The notes beneath the pieces were generated by a model. It was given only the letters and a program-made list of their open reading frames with translations. It had not been told where the DNA came from and did no database searches. 64,000 bases of DNA, from assembly GCF_963921235.1 (NCBI RefSeq), contig NC_086115.1, positions 17,670,001-17,734,000 of the forward strand. Direction: 5' to 3'. The DNA is from Mobula hypostoma. Lineage: Eukaryota. Below, in pieces: positions 25,301-36,174 of the stretch (positions are counted from its first letter, which is position 1; every line of letters begins with the position of its first letter). Position numbers and translations under genes: made by a program.

Positions 25301-25750
25301 GCTATACGCCCTTTGTATTTTGTTGTCCTTCTTAAACTTACTTACTCTTTCTGCACATTTAACTCCATGCTCCGTCAGACCATCCCTCTGCACTCTTTTC
25401 ACTCGTTCCACCTCACCTTTCTCTACTTCACACTTAATATTCCGGAACCGTGTAGTCTCCACCTGTCCTTTATACTTCATCTCGCTATCCTCTCTCACAT
25501 TCTGGATCCCTGCCCCCTGCAAATTTAGTTTAAACCCCCCCAAGCAGCACTAGCAAACTTTCCTGCAAGAATGTTAGTACCCCTCCAGTTCAGGTGTAAA
25601 CCCTCCCGTCGGAACAGATCCCACCTTCCCTGGAACAAAGCCCAATTATCTAAAAACCTGAAGCCCTCCCTCCTGCACCAACCTCTCAGCCACGTATTGA
25701 TCTGTATAATCCTTCTGTTCCTCGCCTCACTCTCACATGGTGCAGGTAGC
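22341..25750 (-). mobile_element. Near-full-length CR1 LINE: ORF1 esterase remnant, APE endonuclease, uninterrupted 579-aa RT segment and (CTATTGT)n tail
   Basis: ORFs 25525-25752 (INTWLRGWCRREGFRFLDNW...GLHLN, SGNH-esterase-type ORF1), 24713-25543 (YLNARS, GITETW, YRPP, GDFN), 24350-24679 (SDHN) and 22426-24165 (RT, KFADD). Confidence 0.95.
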
Positions 25751-27043
25751 AATCTGCTCTTCTATTATTCCTTCCAAAGTGGCTGATATTGCATTTACCA
25801 ACGCTGTATTCCATCTGCCAGACCTTGGCCCACTCACTTAACTGATCTGTATCCCTCTGCAGACTCTCCACATCCGCCGTACAACTTGCCCCCGGGGTAG
25901 GCAGTATGCTCAGATTATGTCTCCCCAAAGCTGGAGGACAGCCCCTCCGGGCTGCTGCCGCAGTATAGAGAAGACAGACTTGCCTTCGGTTAAGGCTGTG
26001 CACCCTGAGCACGTATCCTGTGGGAAGGTGGTGGGGGGGCGGGGGGAGTCCTGAAGAAGATTGTCTGTGGGTGTTGCTTCAGTTGAGGCCAAGTGCCCTT
26101 GCTGAGGAGCCTCTGACCCGGGAGCCCGAGGGAATCAGAGTACCCTCATATGGATTGTGTCATCCTTGAGGGCGTCTCAATTGCACCCTCGAGGAGAGGA
26201 AACGCTCTGGTCTCCACGGCAGTCAAGCATTGATGGGGAAGTTAAGGAAGCAGGTCGTGTCCTGTGGCTTGGCCGATGTCCGGCAGAGCCTTCACCCCGA
26301 CTCTGTGCTTTCTCAAGGAGGTCTGGAGGGGGTGGAGGCTCGCCGATTGATCACCCGTGTATCTCCAGGGTGCACACCTCCCAAGTGTTGGCAGCCTTCA
26401 TGCATCCGATTGCACGCTCGGACCAGCGCCTGGTGAGGGCAGAGCCCTGTGCGTTGCCTGCTAGGGTGGGGAGGGCATTCAACAACCGGCTGCTGGAGGA
26501 TGGCCGTCTCTGGGATTCATTCTGTCACTTTGGAGGACCTGGCAGGAAGAACAGGCGAGCGTCACCTCCCTGAGACTCTGGTGGGACGTGGGCAATGTTC
26601 ACGTCTGATTGCTTTGCCGGGAATGTGCACCTGGGTTGACCAAGGGGCGGACATCCGGGATCGATCGGCTTGAGCAGGGGCTCATCGACTTGGAGTCACG
26701 GCTGGGGCTGACGAATGGAGATCTGCTCCTCTGGGAGGAGTACCAGAGGAACAAGGAGGCAGGGAGGTACCTGCAGCTCAAGCGGTCCCCAGGTGCTTTT
26801 GTGAGGTTGCAGGACCAGATGCTACAGGATCAAGACTGTGACTAATCCTTCTTTTATTCCCTTGAGTAGGGGCTGGGTGTCTGCAGACAGCTTGTGGAGC
26901 TGGTTTGAGAACTGCCCTGACAGAGCTCCACTCCTTTAATGAGGCTGTATGCTTGCCAGACCTGTCTAGTGAGGATGCACACAGCACACAAGCGAGGGTT
27001 TACCAAGGGTTAGCCCTGAGCATGCTGAGCGGCTACACGCTCT

Positions 27044-27586
27044 CACCAGGAACTCTGCAGATGCTGGAAATTCAAGCAACACACATCAAAGTTGCTGGTG
27101 AACGCAGCAGGCCAGGCAGCATCTCTAGGAAGGGGTACAGTCGACGTTTCAGGCCGAGACCCTTCATCAGGACTAACTGAAGGAAGAGCTAGTAAGAGAT
27201 TTGAAAGTGGGAGGGGGAAGGGAGGGGGAGATCCGAAATGATAGGAGAAGACAGGAGGGAGGGATGGAGCCAAGAGCTGGACAGTTGATTGGCAAAAGGG
27301 ATATGAGAGGATCATGGGACAGGAGGTCCAGGGAGAAAGACAAGGGGGGGGAAGAACCCAGAGGGTGGGCAAGGGGTATAGTCAGAGGGTCAGAGGGAGA
27401 AAAAGGAGAGACAGAGAAAGAAAGTGTGTATAAAAATAAATAACAGAGGGGGTATGAGGGGAAGGTGGGGCATTAGTGGAACTTTGAGAAGTCAATGTTC
27501 ATGCCATCAGGTTGGAGGCTACCCAGACGGAATATAAGGTGTTGTTCCTCCAACCTACCCAGATGGAACATAAGGTGTTGGTAGCA
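27044..27586 (-). mobile_element. Penelope-like element terminus with a 13-bp TSD and an intact hammerhead core
   Basis: Minus strand reads RLEEQHLIFRLGSLQPDGMNIDFSKFH*. TSD GGCTACACGCTCT (27031-27043) and GGCTACATGCTCT (27587-27599). Confidence 0.85.
27138..27175 (-). ncRNA. Minimal type I hammerhead ribozyme motif (Penelope-associated)
   Basis: Minus strand: TAGTC-CTGATGA-AGGGTCTCGGCCT-GAAA-CG-TC^GACTG. Stem I is TAGTC/GACTG, stem II is a GGGTC/GGCCT hairpin, and a palindromic ACGT replaces stem III. Confidence 0.75.
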
Positions 27587-28158
27587 GGCTACATGCTCTG
27601 CTATCTTTGGAGCCCTCAACCAGCTACAGAGAGGCAAGCCTCAGGGGCCGTGATTATACCAGGGTACTGGGGAAATCCTGACAATAGGTGAGATGCTCCT
27701 CTCTAGACACAGTGCAGTTGTAGCCCTGCAGCCAAAAAAGGAGTACCTCCATTGTCTAAAGCATTGGCACCCAGTATCTCTCCTCATTGCCAAGTAGTAC
27801 ATTTGTAGATCTTTGACCATGCAATGGCCAATCGCTTGGGCTCCATGCTGGCTCAAGTCATCTGCCCTGATCAGTCCTACACGGTCCCAGGACGGTCCAT
27901 CCAGGGCAAGACCAACTTTGTTCCAGATCTGATTCACCTGTCCTGTGAGACTGGTCTGTCAGTCGCCTTTCTCTCTCTTGACCAGGAGAAGGGATTTGAC
28001 AGGGTGGACCACAAGTACCTATTTGGGACTCTGCACGCATTCAGGCTCGGGCCATATTTTGTTGTATCCTGCTGGGGAGTGCCTTGTTAAAGTCAATGGG
28101 ACCTTGATAGCGCCCTTGTGCTTTGGGAAGTGGTTGTGTCAGGGGTGCCTCGTGTCAG

Positions 28159-28465
28159 GGCATCCATTAGTCTTGCAAGACCATGGATCTGCGCCTGGAA
28201 AGTCTTCACTCTCCAGGGCGCAGACCTGGACAAGGTTGTATGGAAGACCAGCAGTTGCCCATGCTGCAAGTCTCCCCTCTCCACGACACCAATGTTGTCC
28301 AAGGGAAGGGCATTAGGACCCATACAGCTTGGCACCAGTGTCGTCACAGAGCAATGTATGATTAAGTGCCTTGCTCAAGGACACAATACGTTCCCTCGGC
28401 TGGGGATCGAACTCATGACCTTCAGGTCGCTAGTCCAATGCCTTAACCACTTGGCCACGTGCCCA
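28159..28465 (-). mobile_element. tRNA-headed SINE with CORE-like domain, inserted into the Tx1 RT gene
   Basis: Minus strand: GGCACGTGGCCAAGTGGTTAAGGC (A box), GAGTTCGATCC (B box), TGTGTCCTTGAGCAAGGCACTTAA (CORE-like). Flanked by an imperfect duplication ending TGTCAGGG. Confidence 0.8.
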
Positions 28466-30334
28466 CATGCCATGTCAGGGCAGTTGTACTCTATTTGCAC
28501 AGAGCCATTCCTGTGCCTTCTCTGCAAGAGATTGATGGGTTTGGTTTTACAACTTTATAAGGAGGTCGTCCTTTCGACTGGCACCGATGTCGTTATCTTC
28601 CTCGTCACTGACCCTGTTGACTTGCAGAGGATGCGAAGACTGCCAGACCATCTTGGCAGCCTCCTCTTTAAGGGTCAACTGGGAAAAGTGTGCTGGCCTC
28701 TTGGTGAGCCAATGGCAGGTGGACTGCCCGCTGGAGGGGTTGAGTGGGGCAGCACGCACCTCCTCTACCTGAGCTCCAGTGAGGAGGCCCAGCTGGTGAA
28801 CTGGTGGGACTTAAAGAGATAAAAGTCTCTGCCTGCCTGGGACACTAGTCAGGCTTACTTCGTGCACTAGTAATAAATCAGCTGTTTGCCTCCCAGATCT
28901 GGTACCGGTTGGTCGCTTTGGTCTTGCCCACTGCTTTTGCCTCCAGGACCCAGAGGAGGCAGGTGGACTTCTTCAGGGGCAACTGGAGACACTGGGTCTC
29001 TGCTGCGGTCCCGGGTCTTCCGATCGAGTAGGGCGGTCAGTCGCTGGTGCCCGTGCACACCCAGCTGGTGGCTCTCCACCTCAGCACTGTGCAGATCCTC
29101 GCGTACCAACGACCCTCCAAGAAAGCCTGCGTTGGCAACACACGTTCTCCGCCGGCGTCACTGCCTGCAGGAGGGCACGTGGCCCCCAGTGGCAAGCATC
29201 AGCCGCGTCGCTTTGCGGGAACTGCTCCAGTTTATCGAGAGCTGCTGCATGGATCAAACCCCGAGACACCTCCAGACAGGGTGTCCCAAGGCCAGCAGGG
29301 GGGTGGTGCTCTGGCTGTCAGAGGAACTAGTCCCCATCGCATGATGGTGGGTGTCGAGGAGGCTCGGGAGTGTGGAGCGGTCCCGGCTATGGTAACACCA
29401 GCTCATCAGAGCCAAGACCCGAGGTAAATCTCGGGAGAGGGTCTCACGTAACGTGAGCCGCATTGTGAATGGCCACCTCGCCTCTCTGTGACACACCACA
29501 GCAGTTCTTGTACAGGCTGTTCCCGCACACTTCCTTGCCTTCGTCTGCCAACCAGACTCACCCCGGCGGTCTGTTTTACCATCCGGTGATGGGGGAAGGT
29601 CCCCAGAGGAAATCCCTTTATGGAGGGGTCCTTTCCCTCTCCACTGTGAAGGGGGAATGGAAGGTGTTGCATAGGGTTGTACTGTGCCACAGGATTTTAA
29701 GCACCCTGCCCACCTGTCCGTTCTGTGACCGGGAGGAGTCAGTGTACCACGCATTTCTGGAGCGAGAGAGGTCGCAGCATCTAGTTGAATATCTGAAGGG
29801 ACGGCCCCTCAGGTTTTGATTACACTTCAGCCCCGAGCTCCTTGTATATGGGCATCCATTGCCGAAGGGGGCAGGTCGCCCGGAGGATCTGCTGGTGGGC
29901 TTGCTCCCGGGCCTTCACGAATCCAGGCAGCGCACAGTCGAGGGCTTTGCCCAGGACAAGTGCCCGCCCCTTTTCTGGGGATATGTACGTGCCCAGGTGT
30001 TCTTGGAGAGGGCTTACGTAGTGACCATGGGTACAGTGGGGGATGTCCGTGAATGGTGGGCCTCCCAAGGGATTGGCTGTTTTATAGACAGTAATAATCA
30101 CATCTTAATTTAAATCTATCCACTGTCTTGTAAATACAGTGTTTGTATTTTGTGCATTTTTGTGTGAATAAACGTCAGTAATTCTGTAGAGAGAAAGGGG
30201 AATGGGTACTATGAAAATCTGGCACCAATGAGAGATTAGGGAGGCAGGAGCCCCTGCCTCTCAGTGTCTAATATTTTTTCTCGTAATCAATATCCCACTT
30301 CCCACATTGCTGCGTGTTGTGTGATTGTCTTTAC

Positions 30335-30436
30335 CTGTTCTAACTGGCTGAGTTGAGCCCGCAGTTCTTCCTCCAGTGCGGACGTATCTTCGGATTTTCC
30401 TTTAGCCGCAGTGATCTTGTAGATGCAACCTAGGAA
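30335..30436 (-). CDS. GSTO1: Glutathione S-transferase omega, coding exon 4 (102 bp)
   Basis: CCAG|TTC...CAG|GTAAAG. Translates FLGCIYKITAAKGKSEDTSALEEELRAQLSQLEQ, phase 0-0, between exons 3 and 5. Confidence 0.85.
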
Positions 30437-30545
30437 CTGGTCACAGAGTTTGAGAGAGGTATTAATGACCAGTGCCGCAGAGGATATCCACCCCTCTCTC
30501 TCTCGCCCCACCCGCCATCTATAAACGCGCCTCCCCGTGCAGTAC

Positions 30546-30768
30546 CGTACGGAAGTGTTCCAACAGCATGCTCTGTTTGGCCTTCCCGTAGGGATCTGTG
30601 GGCAGCAGCTGTCTCCCGGGGTAACACTCATCCAGAAACACACAGGTGATTGCAGACTCGTAGATCAGCTGTTTCACATCGGTCTCCAACACTGGCACCA
30701 GGCCGAGAGGGTTCTTCTCGAAGAACCAGTCTGGCTTGTTCATCAGATTGATATTGATGGTTTCGTAC
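30546..30768 (-). CDS. GSTO1: Glutathione S-transferase omega, coding exon 3 (223 bp)
   Basis: TTCAAG|GTAC...ACG|GTACTG. Translates [74 protein letters not shown]. Confidence 0.95.
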
Positions 30769-31560
30769 CTTGAAGAAAATGGAGAAACAGCTGAGAGGCT
30801 GGATCGCATCAAGTGATGCACATGCAAAATACTGCAGACACCGGAAACCTAACTCAGAAATAGACAATGCCAGAAATACTCAGCAGGCCACCTGACTGAA
30901 GCTCTCTCCACAGGTACTGCTGAAACTGCTGAGGCGTTCCAGCACATTCCCTGCTATTATCCGCATCGTTTCAGATGCTAACATCCGCACAAGAAAAAAA
31001 GCAGAAAAATAACACAGTGCCAATGCCATCAATCAGCTTCAATTATTGTACATCGTTCCCCGATGTAAAATTATGAAGGAAAACTATGGCTAACAGAGGA
31101 AGTGTAAGGAAGGCTTGATGAGATTAGCTTTATTTATCACTTGTACATTGAAACGTACAGTGAACGCAAAAATGTGTCATAGTGTTTCCGCTGCCAACAG
31201 AGCATGCTCACAACCTGCAAATCCTAACCTGTAGCTCTTTGGAATGTGGGAGGAAACTGGGGCACCCAGCGGAAACCCATGTGGTCACGAAGAATACGTA
31301 AGGGCTCCTTACTGTGGCGGGAATTGATCCTCGATCTTTTGATCACTAGCGCTGTAAAGTCTAACAGTGACCACTGCGTAGCCCGTGCTGCTCATTTGAT
31401 TGTCAGGCAAAGCAGCAAATCAGGAATGAGAACAGTTCAGATCACACCCAGTTGTCTACCCTGGGCAGGCCACGCCAACCCCTCAGCATTATGGTGCAGT
31501 GGCAGTCAAGCCTTTATGCCAAAGGTGCTGGGTGCAATGAGCTTTTAATCTGGAAGTTGA

Positions 31561-31692
31561 GGCCCGAGGGTCAAAGTCCTGTGATTGGCGAGTCCTAGGG
31601 TCATGGCCCAAAGGTCAAAGTCCCAAGATTAACGAGTCCCGGGGTCAAAGCCTGAAGGTCAAAGTCCTGTGATTGGTGAATCCTGGGGTAGT
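31561..31692 (+). repeat. Three degenerate 44-bp tandem units in GSTO intron 2
   Basis: Units start at 31561, 31605 and 31649; each contains (A/G)GGTCAAAGTCC...GATT...GA(G/A)TCC.(A/G)GGGT. Confidence 0.85.
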
Positions 31693-31987
31693 CAGAGGCT
31701 TGTTTTGCTGTTGTTATTCTGTTTTGGTGTTGTTGCTACCTCTGTTGTTTGGCCGAATGTGGCGTGAGCATGTCGCTGGAACGTGTGGCGACACTCGTGG
31801 GCTGCCTCCAGCACGGGAATTGGTGCTGGTCGTTAACAAAAATGACGCATTTCACAGTACGGATTCATGGACGTGTGATAAATAAATGTGATTCAGGGCC
31901 CCCTCCACCCCTGAGTCCTCCTCGCTGCATCCTGGCTGGGTCCTCCCCCAGGGGTTCAGGCGTGGCAGTGAGGCACATTCCACTTAC

Positions 31988-32096
31988 TTGATTCCCTTGG
32001 CCTCCAGCACCAGGCGAGTGCGCTGTGAGAAAGGACAGTACTTCATGCTGTAGAGACGAATCATTCCCTCAGGCACAGGCCCAGGGGCGGGGGATC
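31988..32096 (-). CDS. GSTO1: Glutathione S-transferase omega, coding exon 2 (109 bp, active-site CPFS)
   Basis: GCAG|GATCC...AA|GTAAGT. Translates [37 protein letters not shown]. Confidence 0.95.
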
Positions 32097-34644
32097 CTGC
32101 GATGGGGAGGTAAATAGTCAGCGTCATGAGAGCACGGACAGTGGTGCTATTTAAATATTCAGGGTTAGAGTGCAAACAAGTGGAAGCGATGGCGGGGGGG
32201 GGGGGACTTCAGAGCATTGGAATAACTTGCCTTTGATACAGAAGACCATCAGCCCATCAGGACATGGAGTTATAGAGCACTACCACACAGTAATAGGCCC
32301 TTTGGCCCATCTAGTCCATGCTGAACTGTTATTCTGCCTAGTCCCATTGACCTGCCATACAGCACCCATCCATATACCTATCCAACCTTCTCTTAAATGT
32401 CACCATTGAACTCGTATCCGCCATTTCCGCTGGCAGCTCGTTCTACACTCTCACCAGCCTCTGAGTGAAGAAGATCCCCCCATAAATATTTCACCGGTCA
32501 CCCTAAATCTATGACCTCTAGTTCTAGTCATAATCGAGATCGATGCTGTCTCCCTACAGAGAAATCCCTCCGGTCCCATCACCCCTCTCCTTTTACTCCT
32601 CATCTTTGCAACAAATTCTCTCACACAAATACTCATCGACTGCCCAGTTGGCTACACTTAGTAAACCAGTAACGTGGTTTATTATTGTCTGATGTACAGT
32701 GAAAAACTTATTTAGCATGTTTTCCATACAGATCAGTTCATTACATCAGTGCATTGAGTGAGTACACAGGAAAACAGTAACAGAATGCAGCATAAGGTGT
32801 CACATTTACAGAGAAAGTGCAGGGCAGGTGCAGAATGAGGTAGACTGTGATTGGGAGCCCCACCCAGTCATACGAGAAGTAAATTACAGACAACACCCAC
32901 CCAGCAAAACTGCCTTTTCCAAAAGCTCCTTTCAGGAAAGTGCTATCAGGCTATTTTAAAAAAATGCCATCTTAAAAGTTTCTTCCCCCAGGAAGAATCT
33001 GATCAATCATTCTAGTTAGCATTCCACCCCCGCCTTCTATCTATTCACTACACTACACTTTAAACCACATTGTAAGTACATGACATGTATTTATGCATAT
33101 TTTATTCCATAACCGTACTTTAAACTTGAAGTTCATTTTTTAAAATCTAATTCCTTATATCTGCTGAATGTTGATTTTGTTGCATGACACATCCTTACCA
33201 ACACACCACAGCAAATCCCTAACACACGTGAGTGTATATGGTGAATAAAGCTGCCCTTCGATCTACAGCAACCTCAGAGCACCCAGGGCAAACCCATGCA
33301 GGGTGTGGGCGAGCAACACACACAAAATGCTGGAGGAACTCGGCAAGAGAAGAGAAATGACCAGTCCACGTTTCGGCCTGCAGTGGATTGCAGAGCCAGT
33401 GATGATAGCTCGAGAGCCGATTTGTTAAAGGATGCTTATCCTAAAAGTGTAGAACAACAAAGTCCTTTGATGAAATGGGAGGGGTGGGGGCAGTGGTAGA
33501 TGTGCATAGTGTGCTTATGGTTACTTACTTTGGACTTTCGGAAGGCATTGGACAAGCAATCTCATGATTGGCAAACAATGATTGGCCTGCACCTGGACCA
33601 TACCTCTCCCAACCATGTACCAACCCAAATTTCCCCCTTAAATACTGCATCCACTGCCTCTGCTGGCAGCTCGTTCCACACTCTCACTACCCTCTAAGCA
33701 AAGAAGTTCCCCCTAAACACTTCATTTTTCATTCTTAACCTTTAGTCTCACTCAACCTCAGTGGGGGAAAAAACTGTTTGCATTTACCCTATCTATACCA
33801 CTCGTAATTTTATTATATTGTGCATCTATCAAATCTCCTCTCATTCTCCTACGCTCCAGGGAATAAAGTTCTAATCTACTCCAACTTTCCCGATAACTCA
33901 GGTCCTCTAGTCCCAGCAGCATCTTTGTCAATTTTCTCTGTAGTCTTATACAACTTCAAAATAACATCGCAACTCCTGACAAAGGGTCTTGGCCCGAAAC
34001 GTCATCTGTACCTTTTCCTATAGATGCTGCCTGGCCTGCTGCGTTCACCAGCAATTTTTATGTGTGTTGCTCCCAACTCCTGTACTCACTTACTTATGAA
34101 GGCCTATATGTCTAAAGCTCTCTTTACAACCCTATCCACCTGTGTTATCACCTTCAAGGAATTATGAATCTGTATTCCCAGATCCCTCTGTTCTACCACG
34201 CTCCTCAGTGCCCTTCCACTCACCGTGTGAGTCCTACCCTGTTTCATCCCCCCCAAAGTGCAACACCCCACACTTCTCTGCATTAAATTCCATCTTCCAT
34301 TTTTCAACCCATTTTCCAGGTGGTCCCGTGGCAAACTTTAATGTCCTTCCTCGCTGTTCATTACGCCCCCAATTTTGGTGCCATCCGCAAATGAAATATG
34401 ATGTTAATATAATTATGAAACACCTTGTAATTAATTATGTTAATGAATATAACATAACACTTTCTAAATAATAAACTTACCACATTCATGTTGAAACATT
34501 TCAGAGCTTCAACATTTTACATTGTCAATGTTTCAAGTTACAACACTGGTAACAAATTGTAACAATAAACATCTGTAAGGCTTGATGATACTGCTGATGG
34601 AAGTAACAAGGTAAAAGATTTGCTTGTATTTATGAGTTCTGACA

Positions 34645-36170
34645 TTGACACAGGGTTCTGAAAGAGGTGGCTAAAGAGATTTTGGAGAATCATTAGATTC
34701 TGGAATGATTCCGAAAGACTGGAAAATTGCAAATGCCACTCCATGCTTCAAGAAGGGAGAAAGGAAACGACAGGCCAGTTAGTCCGACTTCAGTGATTGG
34801 GAAAATGTTGGAGTTGATTGTTAGGGATGAGATTTCTGGGTACTTGAAGGCAAGAGGCACATGATAAAACAGGTCATAGTCAGCATGGTTTCCTCAAAAG
34901 AAAATTCTGCCTGACAAGTCTTTTGGAATTCTGTGAAAAAATAAACAGAATAGACAAAGGAGAATCAGCTGACGTTCTGTTCTTGGATTTTCAGAAGGCC
35001 TTTGACAAGGTGCCGCACATGAGGCTGCTTAACAAGTTATGACCCTATGGTACGACAAGAAATATTCTAGAATGGATAAAGCAGTGGCTGATTGGCAGGA
35101 GACAAAGAGTGGGAATAAAGTGGGCCTTTTCTGGTTGGCTACCAATGACTAGTGGTGTTCCACAGGGGTCTGTGTTGGGACCAATTCTTTTTAGGTTGTA
35201 TGTCAATGATTAGGATGACAGAATTGATGTCTTCGTGGCAAAGATTACAGACGATATGAAGATAGATGGAGGGGCAGGTACTTTTGAGGAAGTAGAGAGG
35301 CTCCAGGACTTAAGCCAATGAGGAGAATGGGCAAAAGTGGCAGATGGAATACAGTGTTGGAAATTGTATGGTCATGCATTTTGGTAAAAAGAAATTAAAG
35401 GGTAGACTTTTTCTAAATGGAGGGAAAATAGAAAAATCAGAGGCGCAAAGGGACTTTGGAATCCTTGTGCAGGATTCCCTGAAGGTCAATTTGCAGGTTG
35501 AGTCTGTGGTAAGGAAGGCAAATGCGATGTTAGCATTCATTTCAAGAGGACTAGAACATAAAAGGAAGGATGTAATATTGAGACTTTATAAAGTACTGGT
35601 GAGGCCTCACTTGGAGTATTGTGAGCAGTTTTGGGCCCCGTATCTTAGAAAGGCCATTTTGAAATTTAAGGGGGTTCAAAGGAGGTTCACAGAAATTATT
35701 CCAGAATTGAACAGCTTGTCATATGAAGAGCATTTGATGGCTCTGGGCCTGTATTCACTGGAATTCAGAAGAAAGAGCGGTGACCTCATTGAAACCCATT
35801 GAATGGTGAAAGGCCCTGATAGAGTGGATATGGAAAGGATGTTTCCTGTGGTGGGAGAGTCTAAGACCAGAGGACACAACCTCAGAATAGAGGGGCATCC
35901 TTTTAGAATGGAGATGAGGAGGAATTTCTTTAGACAGAGAGTGGTGGATCTGTGGAATTCACTGTCACAGGCAGCTGTGGAAGCCAAGACTTCATATATT
36001 TTTAAAGCAGAGGTTGATAACTTCTTGATTGGTCAGGGCATGAAAGGATTGGCGGGGGGGGGAGAGGAGGCAAGAGATTGGGACTGAGGGGGAAACGGAT
36101 CAGACATAATGAAATGGCAAGCAGACTTGATGGGCCAAATGGCCTAATTCTGCTCCTAAATCTTATGGAT
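34645..36170 (+). mobile_element. Degenerate CR1 (RT to 3' end) in GSTO intron 1
   Basis: [22 protein letters not shown] and LVRPHLEYC (ORFs 35344-35802, 35803-36087), with a CR1 tail GGGCCAAATGGCCTAATTCTGCTCC. Confidence 0.9.
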
Positions 36171-36174
36171 ACTG

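Larger units (their letters stand above)
25886..30172 (+). mobile_element. Degenerate Tx1-group (L1 clade) retrotransposon in GSTO intron 4, interrupted by a Penelope and a SINE
   Basis: Fragments ANRLGSMLAQVICPDQSYTVPGRSI...SLDQEKGFDRVDHKYL (RT), MSGQLYSICTEPFL, and WKVLHRVV...CPFCDREESVYHAF (zinc knuckle). AATAAA at about 30167. Confidence 0.85.

Noticed and set aside
28395-28465. Possible tRNA gene
   Set aside because: The tRNA-like sequence continues into a SINE body with a TSD, so it is a SINE head. The same applies to the heads at about 4300, 18290 and 57530.
31561-31692. Possible CRISPR-like repeat array
   Set aside because: The units are contiguous degenerate tandem repeats without unique spacers, the context is eukaryotic, and there are no cas genes.
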